From an uncultured Bacilli bacterium (GTDB lineage Bacteria; Bacillota_I; Bacilli_A; RF39; UBA660): a stretch of DNA of 64,000 bases. Of this stretch, positions 41,464-51,308 are shown piece by piece (the first letter of the stretch is position 1; each line of letters starts with the position of its first letter). The DNA lies in the NCBI GenBank assembly GCA_944371905.1, contig CALVYA010000002.1, forward strand, positions 17,303-81,302, written 5' to 3'. The position numbers and the translations under genes are program-made. Below the pieces are notes generated by a model. It worked only from the letters and a program-made list of their open reading frames with translations, searched no databases and was not told the origin of the DNA.

Positions 41464-43557
41464 TTATATTTTCTTTATACTTTTATGATTTTTCATTAAC
41501 TTTTTAATTCCATAAGGGTGCTTAAAAGCAATACTGATTAATGTATTCGTAACTTCTACTACTTTTCCTTGACCAAAGACTTCGTGATATACAAAGTCCC
41601 CTACTTTATAATCAACATCTTCTTGATAGAAATATTCTTCTTTATTCACTTTAGGAAGATTTTCTGGATCATCTTTAAACTCTTTATTAAGTAAATCTTC
41701 ATTGATTTCTCCTATAAATCTACTTGGTGGATTACTAGATTCTTTTCCGTAGATCGTTCTAGTCCTAGCATTTACTAAGTATAATTTCTTCTTTGCTCTA
41801 GTAAGTGCAACATAACACAATCTTCTTTCTTCTTCTAATTCTAAATTATCCATAAGTGAATTTATATGTGGAAAAATTCCTTCTTCTAGTCCAATGATAA
41901 ATACATAATCAAACTCTAATCCCTTAACAGAGTGAACAGTCATTAAACTAATTCTATTTCTGTCATCTTTGTATTCATTAACATCACTAACTAAACTAAT
42001 TTCTAACAAGAAATCCTCTAAAGAAATAACTCCTTCTCGTTCTTCAAACGACTTAGTAATAGATTTAAATTCTTCTAAGTTCTCAATCCTAATATCGGCT
42101 TCTAAAGTTTTTTCATCTTCATATTCTTTTCTTATTCCTGTTACATCTAAAATTTTATCAACTAACTCCGTTAAAGTCAAATCAACACTAAGTTTTTTTA
42201 AATCATTGATTAAATTTTTAAACTCCAATTCTTTTCCACTATCAATAGCATCAAATAAGCTTACGTTCATACTATCTGCTTTTAAAGTTAAATTATCAAT
42301 AGTTTTTAATCCAATTCCTCTTTTTGGAGTGTTAATTACTCGAAGCAAACTTACGTTATCATCTGTATTATGAATCAATCTTAAATAAGCAATCAAGTCT
42401 TTAATTTCTTTTCTACTATAGAAATAAAAACTTCCAACTACTCGATATGGAATATTATCTTTTAATAATTCTTCTTCCATATTTCTAGATTGAGCATTCG
42501 TCCTATATAAAACAGCAATATCTTGATAATTAATTCCTTGGTTCAAAAGTTTTTTAATTTCTCTTACCACATAAAACGCTTCATCTCGTTCATTAAAGGC
42601 TCTAAAGTAGGATATTTTATCTCCTTCCCCTTTATTTGACCATAAATTCTTGTCTTTACGTTCACGATTATTTTTTATTACCTCATTAGCGGCATCTAAT
42701 ATATTTGTAGTTGATCGATAATTTTGTTCTAACTTAATAATTTTAGCGTTTTGATAATCCTTTTCAAAATTTAAAATATTACGATAATTAGCTCCTCTAA
42801 AGCTATATATAGATTGATCATTATCACCAACACAGCAAATGTTTTTATATTTTGCGCTAATCATTTTAGTTAATATATATTGGGCCTCGTTTGTATCCTG
42901 GTACTCATCAATTAATATATATTGAAATCTCTCTTGATATTTTTGCAAAATACTAGGCGATTCTCTAAATAATTTAATTGGTAAAATTAAAAGATCATCA
43001 AAATCAATAGAATTATTTTTAAATAAAGTCTCTTGATATTTGCGATATACTTTTAATACTACTTCTTCAAATTCACTAATAGCATATTTTTGATATTCAT
43101 CAGGAGATATTAATTCATTTTTGCATCCACTTATTTTATTTCTTATTGCATTCGGATTATATTGTTTAGGATCTAAATCTAAATTTCTAAGAATTTTTTT
43201 AATCACAGTTAACGTATCATCACTATCCATAATTACAAAATTAGATTTATACCCTAAAACATTACAATTTTCTCTTAATATTTTTAAACCAAAAGAATGA
43301 AAGGTGGATACTTGTACTTTTTTTGAGACCTCACCTATCATATGATATAATCGCTCACTCATCTCTTTTGCTGCTTTATTAGTAAAAGTTATTGCTAAAA
43401 CATTATATGGACTTATACCTATATCTTCGATTAAATACGCTATTTTAGTAGTTAATACTCTAGTCTTACCACTACCTGCTCCAGCTAATATTAAAATAGG
43501 TCCATCTGTTTGTAAAACCGCTTCTTGCTGTTCTTTATTTAAATCATCTATTTTCAT
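41464..43557 (-). CDS. pcrA: ATP-dependent DNA helicase PcrA (UvrD family)
   Basis: LNKEQQEAV, AGAGSGKT, DEYQDTN and the other UvrD motifs. It is adjacent to ligA, as in other Bacillota. Confidence 0.93.
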   Translation of the reverse strand: MKIDDLNKEQQEAVLQTDGPILILAGAGSGKTRVLTTKIAYLIEDIGISPYNVLAITFTNKAAKEMSERLYHMIGEVSKKVQVSTFHSFGLKILRENCNVLGYKSNFVIMDSDDTLTVIKKILRNLDLDPKQYNPNAIRNKISGCKNELISPDEYQKYAISEFEEVVLKVYRKYQETLFKNNSIDFDDLLILPIKLFRESPSILQKYQERFQYILIDEYQDTNEAQYILTKMISAKYKNICCVGDNDQSIYSFRGANYRNILNFEKDYQNAKIIKLEQNYRSTTNILDAANEVIKNNRERKDKNLWSNKGEGDKISYFRAFNERDEAFYVVREIKKLLNQGINYQDIAVLYRTNAQSRNMEEELLKDNIPYRVVGSFYFYSRKEIKDLIAYLRLIHNTDDNVSLLRVINTPKRGIGLKTIDNLTLKADSMNVSLFDAIDSGKELEFKNLINDLKKLSVDLTLTELVDKILDVTGIRKEYEDEKTLEADIRIENLEEFKSITKSFEEREGVISLEDFLLEISLVSDVNEYKDDRNRISLMTVHSVKGLEFDYVFIIGLEEGIFPHINSLMDNLELEEERRLCYVALTRAKKKLYLVNARTRTIYGKESSNPPSRFIGEINEDLLNKEFKDDPENLPKVNKEEYFYQEDVDYKVGDFVYHEVFGQGKVVEVTNTLISIAFKHPYGIKKLMKNHKSIKKI

Positions 43558-43620
43558 GTTTATTCCTACTTTCTATTATCCATTATACCTTATTTCAGTA
43601 ATAAAAAAAAGAAATTATTA

Positions 43621-43968
43621 CTATAGTGATAATAACTTCTTAACTTCTTTTTTTATTTCCTCATCTTTTAAATAAAAATAATTCCCATTAGTTAATATGT
43701 ATTGATCAAATTCTTTTTCTGGTATTAAATCTTTGATATCCTGCAAATTTATTTCTAATATTACCTCCTTCATTTTAAAATAATCTACTCCTCTACTAGT
43801 TCTTAAAGCTTCTTCGTAATTATTATCTTTGCTAGGAAAATCTAATAGTATCATTCTTTTATTAGATAATATAGTAGATATTTCTACTATTTCTTCATCT
43901 TTTTTTAATAAAGAATTATCTGAAATTAGGATTATTTCTTCACCATCTATTATTTTAAAATTATACAT
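43621..43968 (-). CDS. hypothetical protein (115 aa)
   Basis: ORF with RBS. No motif recognised. Confidence 0.5.
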   Translation of the reverse strand: MYNFKIIDGEEIILISDNSLLKKDEEIVEISTILSNKRMILLDFPSKDNNYEEALRTSRGVDYFKMKEVILEINLQDIKDLIPEKEFDQYILTNGNYFYLKDEEIKKEVKKLLSL

Positions 43969-44063
43969 AGTTATATCACCTTTCCAATTATATTCTCTAA
44001 TTCTTTACTCACATTATTATTGTAATCACGTATAATACATTGTAATTATTAAAGGAGGATTTT

Positions 44064-44284
44064 ATGAGAAGAAAAATAATTACTATTGCAGCAATTTTAA
44101 TTATTTTTGTTTTAGCTTCTGCCGTATTATTCAATGCTTTCAAAAAAGAAGAAGAAAATGGACTAACCAAAGTAAAAGTAGCAGAAGTTACTCACAGTAT
44201 TTTCTATGCCCCACAATATGCTGCTATTGCTTTAGGATACTTTGAAGATTATGGAATCGATATCGAGTTAACTTTAGTACCAGG
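44064..44284 (+). pseudogene. ABC substrate-binding protein gene, segment A (codons 1-74)
   Basis: Signal-anchor followed by KVKVAEVTHSIFYAPQYAAIALGYFEDYGIDIELTLVPG (NMT1/THI5-type, COG0715-like). The reading frame runs into element 1 and stops after 5 foreign codons. Confidence 0.85.
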
Positions 44285-44288
44285 TGCT

Positions 44289-44307
44289 ACTAATCTAAAA
44301 AGATAGC
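44289..44307. repeat. left terminal inverted repeat of element 1
   Basis: actaatctaaaaagatagc is the reverse complement (18/19) of 47381-47399. Confidence 0.9.
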
Positions 44308-44308
44308 A

Positions 44309-45709
44309 TCATAATTTAGAAAAATTATAAATAATTTTGATTTGCTTATTTCTACTAATTGTAATTTTATTAATTAAAGAGAATAATAATTCTCTCGTTA
44401 TATAAATATTATCATAAACATTGTTGGTTGACAATTGATTCAGCTTTTTTAACTCTTGTTGTAATTCTTCTCGTTTTAATAAATAAGTTTCTACGTCAAT
44501 AATTTCATTAAGCCTATCTTCATATAAATACTTTAATTTTTTTTCTATTTTTTGTATATCTTGATTATTATTAATATTTCTTTGCTTTAATAATTGGTTA
44601 TTGATTATGAAAGATAAAAAGTTATTGATTCTATTCAAAACAAATTCTTCTAATTTTTGATAATTTATATAATGAGAAGTACAATTACTAGAATTATTTC
44701 GATAGGTATTGCAAGTCATAATATATTGTTTTCTTTTATTGGAATAACTAACCCCTAATAGACTACCACATTCCAAACAATAAACTAAACCTTCTAATAA
44801 TAACTTATTTCGAATAATATGATGTCCTTTTTTTCTTTTTCTAGATTGAATAATTTCAAATAATTCCTCACTAATGATTTTTTCTTGGGTATTATTTATT
44901 ACTACCCATTCTTGCTGATTCCTTTTTATTCTTGTTTTATTTTTATAACTAACATTTGTCCATACATTACTAACTAGGCATCCCGTGTATTCCTTATTAT
45001 TTAAAATATTATATATACTAGAAGCAGTCCATTTTTGATTGGTGGGAGATAAAATATTTTGATTATTTAATTTAATCGCAATCTCTTTATTACTTTTGCC
45101 ATGAAAAGATAAGGAAAAAATTTGTTTAACAATATTAGCTTTATCTTGATCAATAATTAATTTATTTTTATTATTAGGATCTTTTACATAGCCATATGGT
45201 GCTCTACTTCCCAAAAATAATCCTTGTTCTTTCTTAGTTTTCAAAATTGATTTTATTTTTTTAGAAGTATCTTTAGAAACCATATCATTAAACAACGCTT
45301 TAAAGGGTGCTATATCATTATTACCAGTATCATAATAAGTATCAATTCCATCTAAAATTGAAACATATCTAATTTTATTGGTCGGGAAATAATTTTCCAC
45401 ATAATACCCTGTTTTAATATAATCTCTTCCTAACCTAGATAGATCTTTAGTTATAACCATATTTATTTTATTATTTTTTATATCATGTAATAATTGATTA
45501 AAAGCAGGTCTATTAAAATTAGTTCCTGAATAACCATCATCTACATACTCTTTTATCGAACTTAAATTGTGCTCTTTTAGATATCGATAAATCAATTTCC
45601 TTTGATTTTTTATACTCTCACTTTCTTTATTTTTTTCTTTAAATAAATCCTCCTTAGATAACCTAATATAAACTCCTACTTTAAAATTACAATTATTCAT
45701 CATAATCAC
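44309..45709 (-). CDS. large serine recombinase 1
   Basis: N-terminal resolvase domain (VGVYIRLSKED...DDGYSGTNFNRPAF...ITKDLSRLGRD), a recombinase domain and a Cys-rich zinc-ribbon region plus coiled coil. The tracked start is a GTG and two ATGs follow within 4 codons. Confidence 0.9.
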   Translation of the reverse strand: MIMMNNCNFKVGVYIRLSKEDLFKEKNKESESIKNQRKLIYRYLKEHNLSSIKEYVDDGYSGTNFNRPAFNQLLHDIKNNKINMVITKDLSRLGRDYIKTGYYVENYFPTNKIRYVSILDGIDTYYDTGNNDIAPFKALFNDMVSKDTSKKIKSILKTKKEQGLFLGSRAPYGYVKDPNNKNKLIIDQDKANIVKQIFSLSFHGKSNKEIAIKLNNQNILSPTNQKWTASSIYNILNNKEYTGCLVSNVWTNVSYKNKTRIKRNQQEWVVINNTQEKIISEELFEIIQSRKRKKGHHIIRNKLLLEGLVYCLECGSLLGVSYSNKRKQYIMTCNTYRNNSSNCTSHYINYQKLEEFVLNRINNFLSFIINNQLLKQRNINNNQDIQKIEKKLKYLYEDRLNEIIDVETYLLKREELQQELKKLNQLSTNNVYDNIYITRELLFSLINKITISRNKQIKIIYNFSKL

Positions 45710-45785
45710 ATTCTTGCCAATAAGTTTTTAAAATCTCTATAATATCCATATTTCCATATTCTTCAATGATTATATAATCTTTCAT
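45693..45785 (-). CDS. 30-aa acidic mini-ORF upstream of recombinase 1 (candidate accessory or directionality factor)
   Basis: Hand translation: MKDYIIIEEYGNMDIIEILKTYWQECDYDE*. It overlaps the recombinase start. The same arrangement occurs in elements 2 and 3. Confidence 0.4.
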   Translation of the reverse strand: MKDYIIIEEYGNMDIIEILKTYWQECDYDE

Positions 45786-45817
45786 ATTATCAACTCAATA
45801 AAAAATATGCAAAAAAA

Positions 45818-45842
45818 ATATTATTAGAATTTCTAATAATAT
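45818..45842 (-). terminator. terminator between the cargo operon and the recombinase operon of element 1
   Basis: atattattagaa/ttctaataatat palindrome followed by T8 on the minus strand. Confidence 0.55.
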
Positions 45843-46720
45843 TAAGCTTCGTTTTTATTAAATTTATTTCGGAGCATAAAATAATAGATAATCTGAATAG
45901 TACCTATTAATAAAACCACTAAACCATAATTAACAAAAGTACCAAAAATATTTTCTTTTACCAACTGAATCGTTGCTGTTGAATATTCTTCTTCTAAAAT
46001 TAATTTCATAGCAACATTCCCTAATCCGCCAAGAGAGGCAAATACTCCACCAGCTAAAACTGTTGTTACTCCTGTCCAAATAGCAAAACGATAAATTGAC
46101 CATCTAACAATAGCTATGATAGCAATAACTATGATAATCATTACGAATAATACTATTTTAGAACTATCTCCAAGTAAAACGCGAATCACATTCATATCTT
46201 CTTCGTTTATTTCATTCTTCATCTCATCATATGTCGGGAACATATTAGATATTTCGGAAGAATTTTCTTCCACTTCTACTAAGATATTATCATGTTGTTC
46301 TTCCGTTAAAGTGATGCCTAATTCTTGAGCAGTTCGATCTAAAACTTCATCAACTGTTTGTACTATTTTATCAGCTGTAATAATTATTCCTTCTTGTCCA
46401 CTTGATAAATAATGAGCAACATCTCCATAATACTCACTAATTAATGCTTTAAATTCATTAGAATTAATAATTCCATCCACTATTTGGCGATCTATATTAT
46501 TATTATCAGCAATAGTATATAATCTATCCAAACTATCACTATCATTAGTGGTTAAAATTTCTTTCATATCCATATCATTAACAATTGTTGATACATTATC
46601 TTTGCTAATTAATTTAGGACCAATTAATAATCCAATATACATACATATCATTATAAATAATACAAAGCATAAAAATAAACTAACGATTTTTGATATTACA
46701 TCTAACCCTTTATTTTTCAT
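45842..46720 (-). CDS. hypothetical membrane protein (292 aa)
   Basis: One N-terminal TM helix, a soluble acidic domain and 3-4 C-terminal TM helices. It overlaps the upstream acyltransferase gene by 11 nt. Confidence 0.6.
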   Translation of the reverse strand: MKNKGLDVISKIVSLFLCFVLFIMICMYIGLLIGPKLISKDNVSTIVNDMDMKEILTTNDSDSLDRLYTIADNNNIDRQIVDGIINSNEFKALISEYYGDVAHYLSSGQEGIIITADKIVQTVDEVLDRTAQELGITLTEEQHDNILVEVEENSSEISNMFPTYDEMKNEINEEDMNVIRVLLGDSSKIVLFVMIIIVIAIIAIVRWSIYRFAIWTGVTTVLAGGVFASLGGLGNVAMKLILEEEYSTATIQLVKENIFGTFVNYGLVVLLIGTIQIIYYFMLRNKFNKNEA

Positions 46721-47324
46721 TTTGATTCTCCTTTTCTTTTCTATTATTAATAATTAATGTTTTGACCTTATCCATTAATTCATTATTAGCTTCTTCCAAA
46801 GAATTTGTTTTTATTTTATACGGTTTCCCAAAACAAATAGTAATTTGATTTTTCCTAAAAATTTTATATTTACCAGTAATAGAAAATGGCACTATAGTAC
46901 TATTGGTTTTTGAAGCCATAGATACTGCACCAAACTTAAATGGCATAATAACATCCTTCGTTCTATTGAATGTGCCTTCAGGAAAAATACCAATTAATTT
47001 TTGATCTTTTAATACTTTAATAGCTTTTTTCAAGGCTTCATGATCCTTTTGTCTCCTATTAACAGGAATGCAAGCCATGGCTTTAAAAAAAGGGGTTCCC
47101 AGACCTTTAAACAGTTCATCTTTTGCTAAAAAATGAATTGTTCTTTTTGTAGTACAAAACAATAAAGGAATATCCAAAATATTAGTATGATTTCCACAGA
47201 TTACAACAGAACCTTTTTTAGGAATATTTTCATTACCTATGATAGTAGGACGATACACAACTCTAAATAATCCATTGACAATTGGTCTTAAAATTCTATA
47301 TAGTATAGCATCTTTTTTTTCCAC
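46710..47324 (-). CDS. 1-acyl-sn-glycerol-3-phosphate acyltransferase family (PlsC-like)
   Basis: HX4D motif (NHTNILD) and FPEGT motif. Confidence 0.8.
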   Translation of the reverse strand: MEKKDAILYRILRPIVNGLFRVVYRPTIIGNENIPKKGSVVICGNHTNILDIPLLFCTTKRTIHFLAKDELFKGLGTPFFKAMACIPVNRRQKDHEALKKAIKVLKDQKLIGIFPEGTFNRTKDVIMPFKFGAVSMASKTNSTIVPFSITGKYKIFRKNQITICFGKPYKIKTNSLEEANNELMDKVKTLIINNRKEKENQNEK

Positions 47325-47380
47325 ATCTACACCTCTATTAATGATTACATTTATATTATAACACGTTATATTAATTATTT

Positions 47381-47399
47381 GCTATCTTTTTAAATTAGT
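47381..47399. repeat. right terminal inverted repeat of element 1
   Basis: gctatctttttaaattagt. See 44289-44307. Confidence 0.9.
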
Positions 47400-47405
47400 A
47401 GCAGG

Positions 47406-47627
47406 TGCTGATAAAGTAGCAGCAGCAATATTATCAGGTGATATGGATATTGCTTTCTGTGGTAGTGAAGCAACAATATATGTTTACAATGGTGGAGAAA
47501 AAGACTATTTAAAAACTTTTGCCCAATTAACACAAAAAGATGGAAGTTTTCTAGTTTCTAGAGAAAAAATTGACAATTTTACTTTAGATGATCTACGTGG
47601 TAAATATGTAATTGGAGGTCGTGCTGC
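47406..47627 (+). pseudogene. ABC substrate-binding protein gene, segment B (74 codons)
   Basis: ..ADKVAAAILSGDMDIAFCGSEATIYVYNGGEKDYLKTFAQLTQKDGSFLVSREKIDNFTLDDLRGKYVIGGRA. It is in frame with segment A once element 1 is removed. Confidence 0.85.
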
Positions 47628-47661
47628 CCTTCGGTTTTTATATGATAATTTTTTTAAGCAC

Positions 47662-49254
47662 TTAATCGGTGCTTAGCTCATTTATTAATAAATTAGGGTC
47701 TTTAATTTTATAATTTATTGTTATTTCTTTATTTTGTGTAATCATTATACTATCTATAATACAAGCAATTAAGTTTTTACTTGGTTTTCTTAATCTTAAA
47801 AATTCTTTAACTATACTTGTATAATCATTATTAGGCTTCATTTTGTTTTCTATTATCTCAAGTTGTGTTTCTAATTCTTTTAATTTTAATTGATTACTTA
47901 ATATATCGTTTATTATTTGATTATTAAAGTCTTTGTATTCTTCAAGTGTAATTACCTCATCTATTTTATCAAAGTAGATTTTATTTTTTCTTTTATTAAG
48001 TTTTTCTATTTCTAGATTACAAGAATTAATTTCTCCTTTTATTTTTTCTTTAACTTTGTTTCTTTTAGAAGCGTTTTTTAGTAGATTTTCAAAGTTAGTA
48101 CTATCCACATACTTCTTACACATTTCTCTTATTTCCCTTAATACTTCTTTTTCCAATTTTTGATAATTCATGGTATGAGGAGTACATACCTTAAACTTAC
48201 TATGCTTTTGATAATATGTACACCCTGTATATGCTCTATCTTCTGTTCTTTTTGATATTGAAATAGAGTGTCCGCATTCACTACAATATAAAAAGCCTCT
48301 TAACAAATAATTTGTTGAGTTATTTTGCTGATGTTTGTTCTTTTTATAGACTTGTTGTACTATATCAAACATTTCTTTATCTATTATAGGCTCATGTGTA
48401 TTTTCTATAACAATCCAACTAGATTTAGGAGTTCTTATTTCTTTTTTTATCTTATAATTAATAGTTTTTCTTCTTCCTTGACATAGATTTCCTATATATG
48501 TAGGATTACATAACATTTCATCTATTGTTCTTGAACACCACAAACCATAAGAAGAAGATTTAACACCACGATTTAAATTAGCATATACACTAGGTATTGG
48601 AATACCCTCTTTAGATAAAGTATCTGCTATCACTTTACAACTCATACCATCATAAGCCATTTTAAATATTCTTCTAACTATTGGCGCTACTTCTTCATCT
48701 ATAACTAATTTATATCTATCATTTTCATCTAGTTTATAACCATATACTGCTTTCCAACCAAGAAACTTGCCTTCTTCTTTTTTACTTCTTAAACTTCTTC
48801 GTACTTTTTTTGAAGTGTCTTTTGCATATTGGTCATTAAAAACTGCTTTAAATGGTGCTATATCATTACTGACACTATCTAGGTATGTATCTATATCATC
48901 TAATATGGCAATATATCTTACATTATGTTGTGGAAAGTATTTTTCCATATATTCCCCAGCTTTGATGTAATCTCTACCAAGTCTAGAATAGTCTTTTGTG
49001 ATAACACAATTTATTTTTCCACTTTCTATATCTCTTATCATTCTATTAAAAGAAGGTCTATCGAATGTAGTTCCACTTACACCATCATCTACATATTCAT
49101 CATATATTTTAAAGTTTTCTTTTTGCTTGTTAATGTAATCTAGTATTATATTTCTTTGATTCGAGATACTTTCACTCTCTATTTTATTTTTATCTTCATC
49201 TTCTCTTGATAAACGAATATAAGAACCAACATTATATATTTTATCTTGTTCCAT
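47662..49254 (-). CDS. large serine recombinase 2 (paralog of recombinase 1)
   Basis: VGSYIRLSREDEDK...DDGVSGTTFDRPSF...ITKDYSRLGRDYIKAG. The start was chosen at MEQDK after a ggagg RBS. It is collinear with recombinase 1. Confidence 0.9.
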   Translation of the reverse strand: MEQDKIYNVGSYIRLSREDEDKNKIESESISNQRNIILDYINKQKENFKIYDEYVDDGVSGTTFDRPSFNRMIRDIESGKINCVITKDYSRLGRDYIKAGEYMEKYFPQHNVRYIAILDDIDTYLDSVSNDIAPFKAVFNDQYAKDTSKKVRRSLRSKKEEGKFLGWKAVYGYKLDENDRYKLVIDEEVAPIVRRIFKMAYDGMSCKVIADTLSKEGIPIPSVYANLNRGVKSSSYGLWCSRTIDEMLCNPTYIGNLCQGRRKTINYKIKKEIRTPKSSWIVIENTHEPIIDKEMFDIVQQVYKKNKHQQNNSTNYLLRGFLYCSECGHSISISKRTEDRAYTGCTYYQKHSKFKVCTPHTMNYQKLEKEVLREIREMCKKYVDSTNFENLLKNASKRNKVKEKIKGEINSCNLEIEKLNKRKNKIYFDKIDEVITLEEYKDFNNQIINDILSNQLKLKELETQLEIIENKMKPNNDYTSIVKEFLRLRKPSKNLIACIIDSIMITQNKEITINYKIKDPNLLINELSTD

Positions 49255-49324
49255 TTTACCTCCAATCCAAAGTAAAATATATATGTTTATTAACACATAT
49301 ATTATACCATTTTTATCCTTATTT

Positions 49325-49441
49325 TTAAAGGCTTTGTGATATTTCTAACTCATAAAATTCGTAGTAATATTCGAGTAAAAATTTTTCTATTATTTCTTGT
49401 AAATCTTTACCATCTTTATTAAAAGTACTTGTTATTTTCAT
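49325..49441 (-). CDS. 38-aa mini-ORF upstream of recombinase 2
   Basis: Hand translation: MKITSTFNKDGKDLQEIIEKFLLEYYYEFYELEISQSL*. It is co-directional and acidic. The EIIEKFLLEY stretch loosely resembles DIIEILKTYW of mini-ORF 1. Confidence 0.4.
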   Translation of the reverse strand: MKITSTFNKDGKDLQEIIEKFLLEYYYEFYELEISQSL

Positions 49442-49737
49442 AAATTCACCTATTTAAACTTATGCCGACATAAATTGTTTTATTAAATCCTTTCTTTGCT
49501 TAAGCAACTTTAGAATACCAATAATCAAAAAATCTTTCTTTTACAAAAAACAAAATAAAGTGTTATATTTTTACAAAATTAAAACCTTTATTTTATAAGG
49601 GCTAAAGGTACTTTTACAACCGATTTTTCGAGTAGAAAGTCAGTTTTTAGACATATTTTAATATTAAAAAAACTTTGTTAAGATGAAATCACAAGAGCAA
49701 GGAACCAACTCTTGAAAATATGAAAGGAGAATAAAAG

Positions 49738-49965
49738 ATGGTAGTAGATGATTATAAAATTAAGTTAGAAATCATAAAACTTTCTATTATGAAACACACA
49801 GGAAGAGAAATCAGCGAAGAACTATTGAATAAGTTTTGTAAATATTTAACTATGGAATATGAAAATAATTCATCTAAAAATAGTATTGATAATCGTATCA
49901 ATAGTATTTGTAGAACTATTACTATAAAATACGATAAATATATGAGAATTATCAATGCTAACTAA
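49738..49965 (+). CDS. hypothetical protein (75 aa)
   Basis: Good RBS (gaaaggag). No motif recognised. Confidence 0.5.
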   Translation: MVVDDYKIKLEIIKLSIMKHTGREISEELLNKFCKYLTMEYENNSSKNSIDNRINSICRTITIKYDKYMRIINAN

Positions 49966-50056
49966 TTTAAGTTTATTTAAACCCAAATAAACTTAATTAA
50001 ACTTATAAATAAGTCATTTAGGATAAATGCTTATTGCTTTGTATTATATTTCCTTA

Positions 50057-50082
50057 AAAGTGATAAAAAATATCACTTTTTT
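50057..50082 (+). terminator. rho-independent terminator
   Basis: aaaagtgata/tatcactttt stem followed by a T-run. Confidence 0.6.
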
Positions 50083-50145
50083 CGTTTTAGGGGCAGACAA
50101 GAGGTTCCAACAAACTATATAATACATAGCCAAGGAGATGAAATT

Positions 50146-51300
50146 ATGGGAAAAAAACATAGAACTTTAAATGATACTATCTTTAGAAATAGTAAATATA
50201 TAGAGGTGGTAAATAAACAAGTCGGTTGTGATGACTTTAAAAAAGAGTGCCAAAATCCTAATTCTCAATATAAGGGTCAATATGATTTTATGTTGGAAAC
50301 TTTTAAAACTCTTATTTCACTTTATAATTGTTTTTATAGTGATAGCAACTTATCATTTCTTGAAAAAGTAGAAAATGCTATAAATATTATGGAAGAATAC
50401 ATTTATAAAGATTACGAAGTTGATAAGAAAAAATATAGTGTTAGATTTATTCAAAGTGTGAGTGATAAATATAGCACATATCTATATAGAAAAATAAGTA
50501 ATGATGAAACAGGTTGGTATGTTATATTAGATGATATAGATTCTAAAGAAATAAATACCTCTCCCATAGCTAAAAATGTTATAAAAGAAATTGAAGAAGA
50601 AATGACAAAACTTGAAAATATAGGCTTTGATGATATGGTCAAAGGCTCTATTGCTTATAAAAAAAATAAAGATAGTGATTACAAAATCTATATAAGTAAG
50701 TTTGACAGTTTAAATACAAAGCAAGAACAATTTATAGAGGAATTTAGTACTAAATACAACGAAAGCCATATAACTCCCTTAAATGATAATGAACTGACTA
50801 ATATAGCCTTAATTTATAACCTTGTAGCAAAAGTTAATAATGGCATAGTAAAAGTTCTTTCAAACAAACCAAATAAAAACTATAACTTAAATGAAAGGTC
50901 AACCCCTAGCAACTATTACAAGGCTTATCTTGATAGTTTAAATATTAGTATTGATGATAGTTTCTTTACACTTAATGCTAATGCTTTTATGATGAATGTA
51001 ATTATCACTTATTCTAATTCTTGCGGAGCAAAAGGCTTATCTCTAAATGATATGATAAATAATTTTGATATGTATTACTTTCTTGATAAAATAGAAAATT
51101 CCGTAGTCAAAAAAAATCTTTCAGTTAGTGATGAAAGAATACAAAAAATAATTTTAGACTTGAAACAAATTTATAACATTATTACAACAAAAAATAATGG
51201 ACTTGATGAATTATTTAATAATTTTAAAAGAGCCAATGAAATAATACTAAATATTATGAGCCGAGATAATAACTTAAATTATTATATAAGAGTTAGTTAG
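50146..51300 (+). CDS. hypothetical protein (384 aa), unknown-function cargo
   Basis: RBS aaggag. No Walker, nuclease, HEPN or other motif is visible. It is translationally close (8 nt) to the next gene. Confidence 0.6.
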   Translation: MGKKHRTLNDTIFRNSKYIEVVNKQVGCDDFKKECQNPNSQYKGQYDFMLETFKTLISLYNCFYSDSNLSFLEKVENAINIMEEYIYKDYEVDKKKYSVRFIQSVSDKYSTYLYRKISNDETGWYVILDDIDSKEINTSPIAKNVIKEIEEEMTKLENIGFDDMVKGSIAYKKNKDSDYKIYISKFDSLNTKQEQFIEEFSTKYNESHITPLNDNELTNIALIYNLVAKVNNGIVKVLSNKPNKNYNLNERSTPSNYYKAYLDSLNISIDDSFFTLNANAFMMNVIITYSNSCGAKGLSLNDMINNFDMYYFLDKIENSVVKKNLSVSDERIQKIILDLKQIYNIITTKNNGLDELFNNFKRANEIILNIMSRDNNLNYYIRVS

Positions 51301-51308
51301 GAGAAAAA

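Larger units (their letters stand above)
44285..47405. mobile_element. intervening element 1 (3121 bp): serine recombinase, mini-ORF, membrane protein and acyltransferase
   Basis: Bounded by the direct 8-bp core caggtgct (44281-88 and 47402-09) and by 19-bp terminal inverted repeats. Removing it joins segments A and B in frame. Confidence 0.85.

Noticed and set aside
43969-44063. A riboswitch (for example TPP) upstream of the THI5/NMT1-type transporter operon.
   Set aside because: Only about 25-30 nt separate the TATAAT-like -10 (44031-36) from the start codon, which is too short for a riboswitch. No conserved riboswitch motifs were seen.
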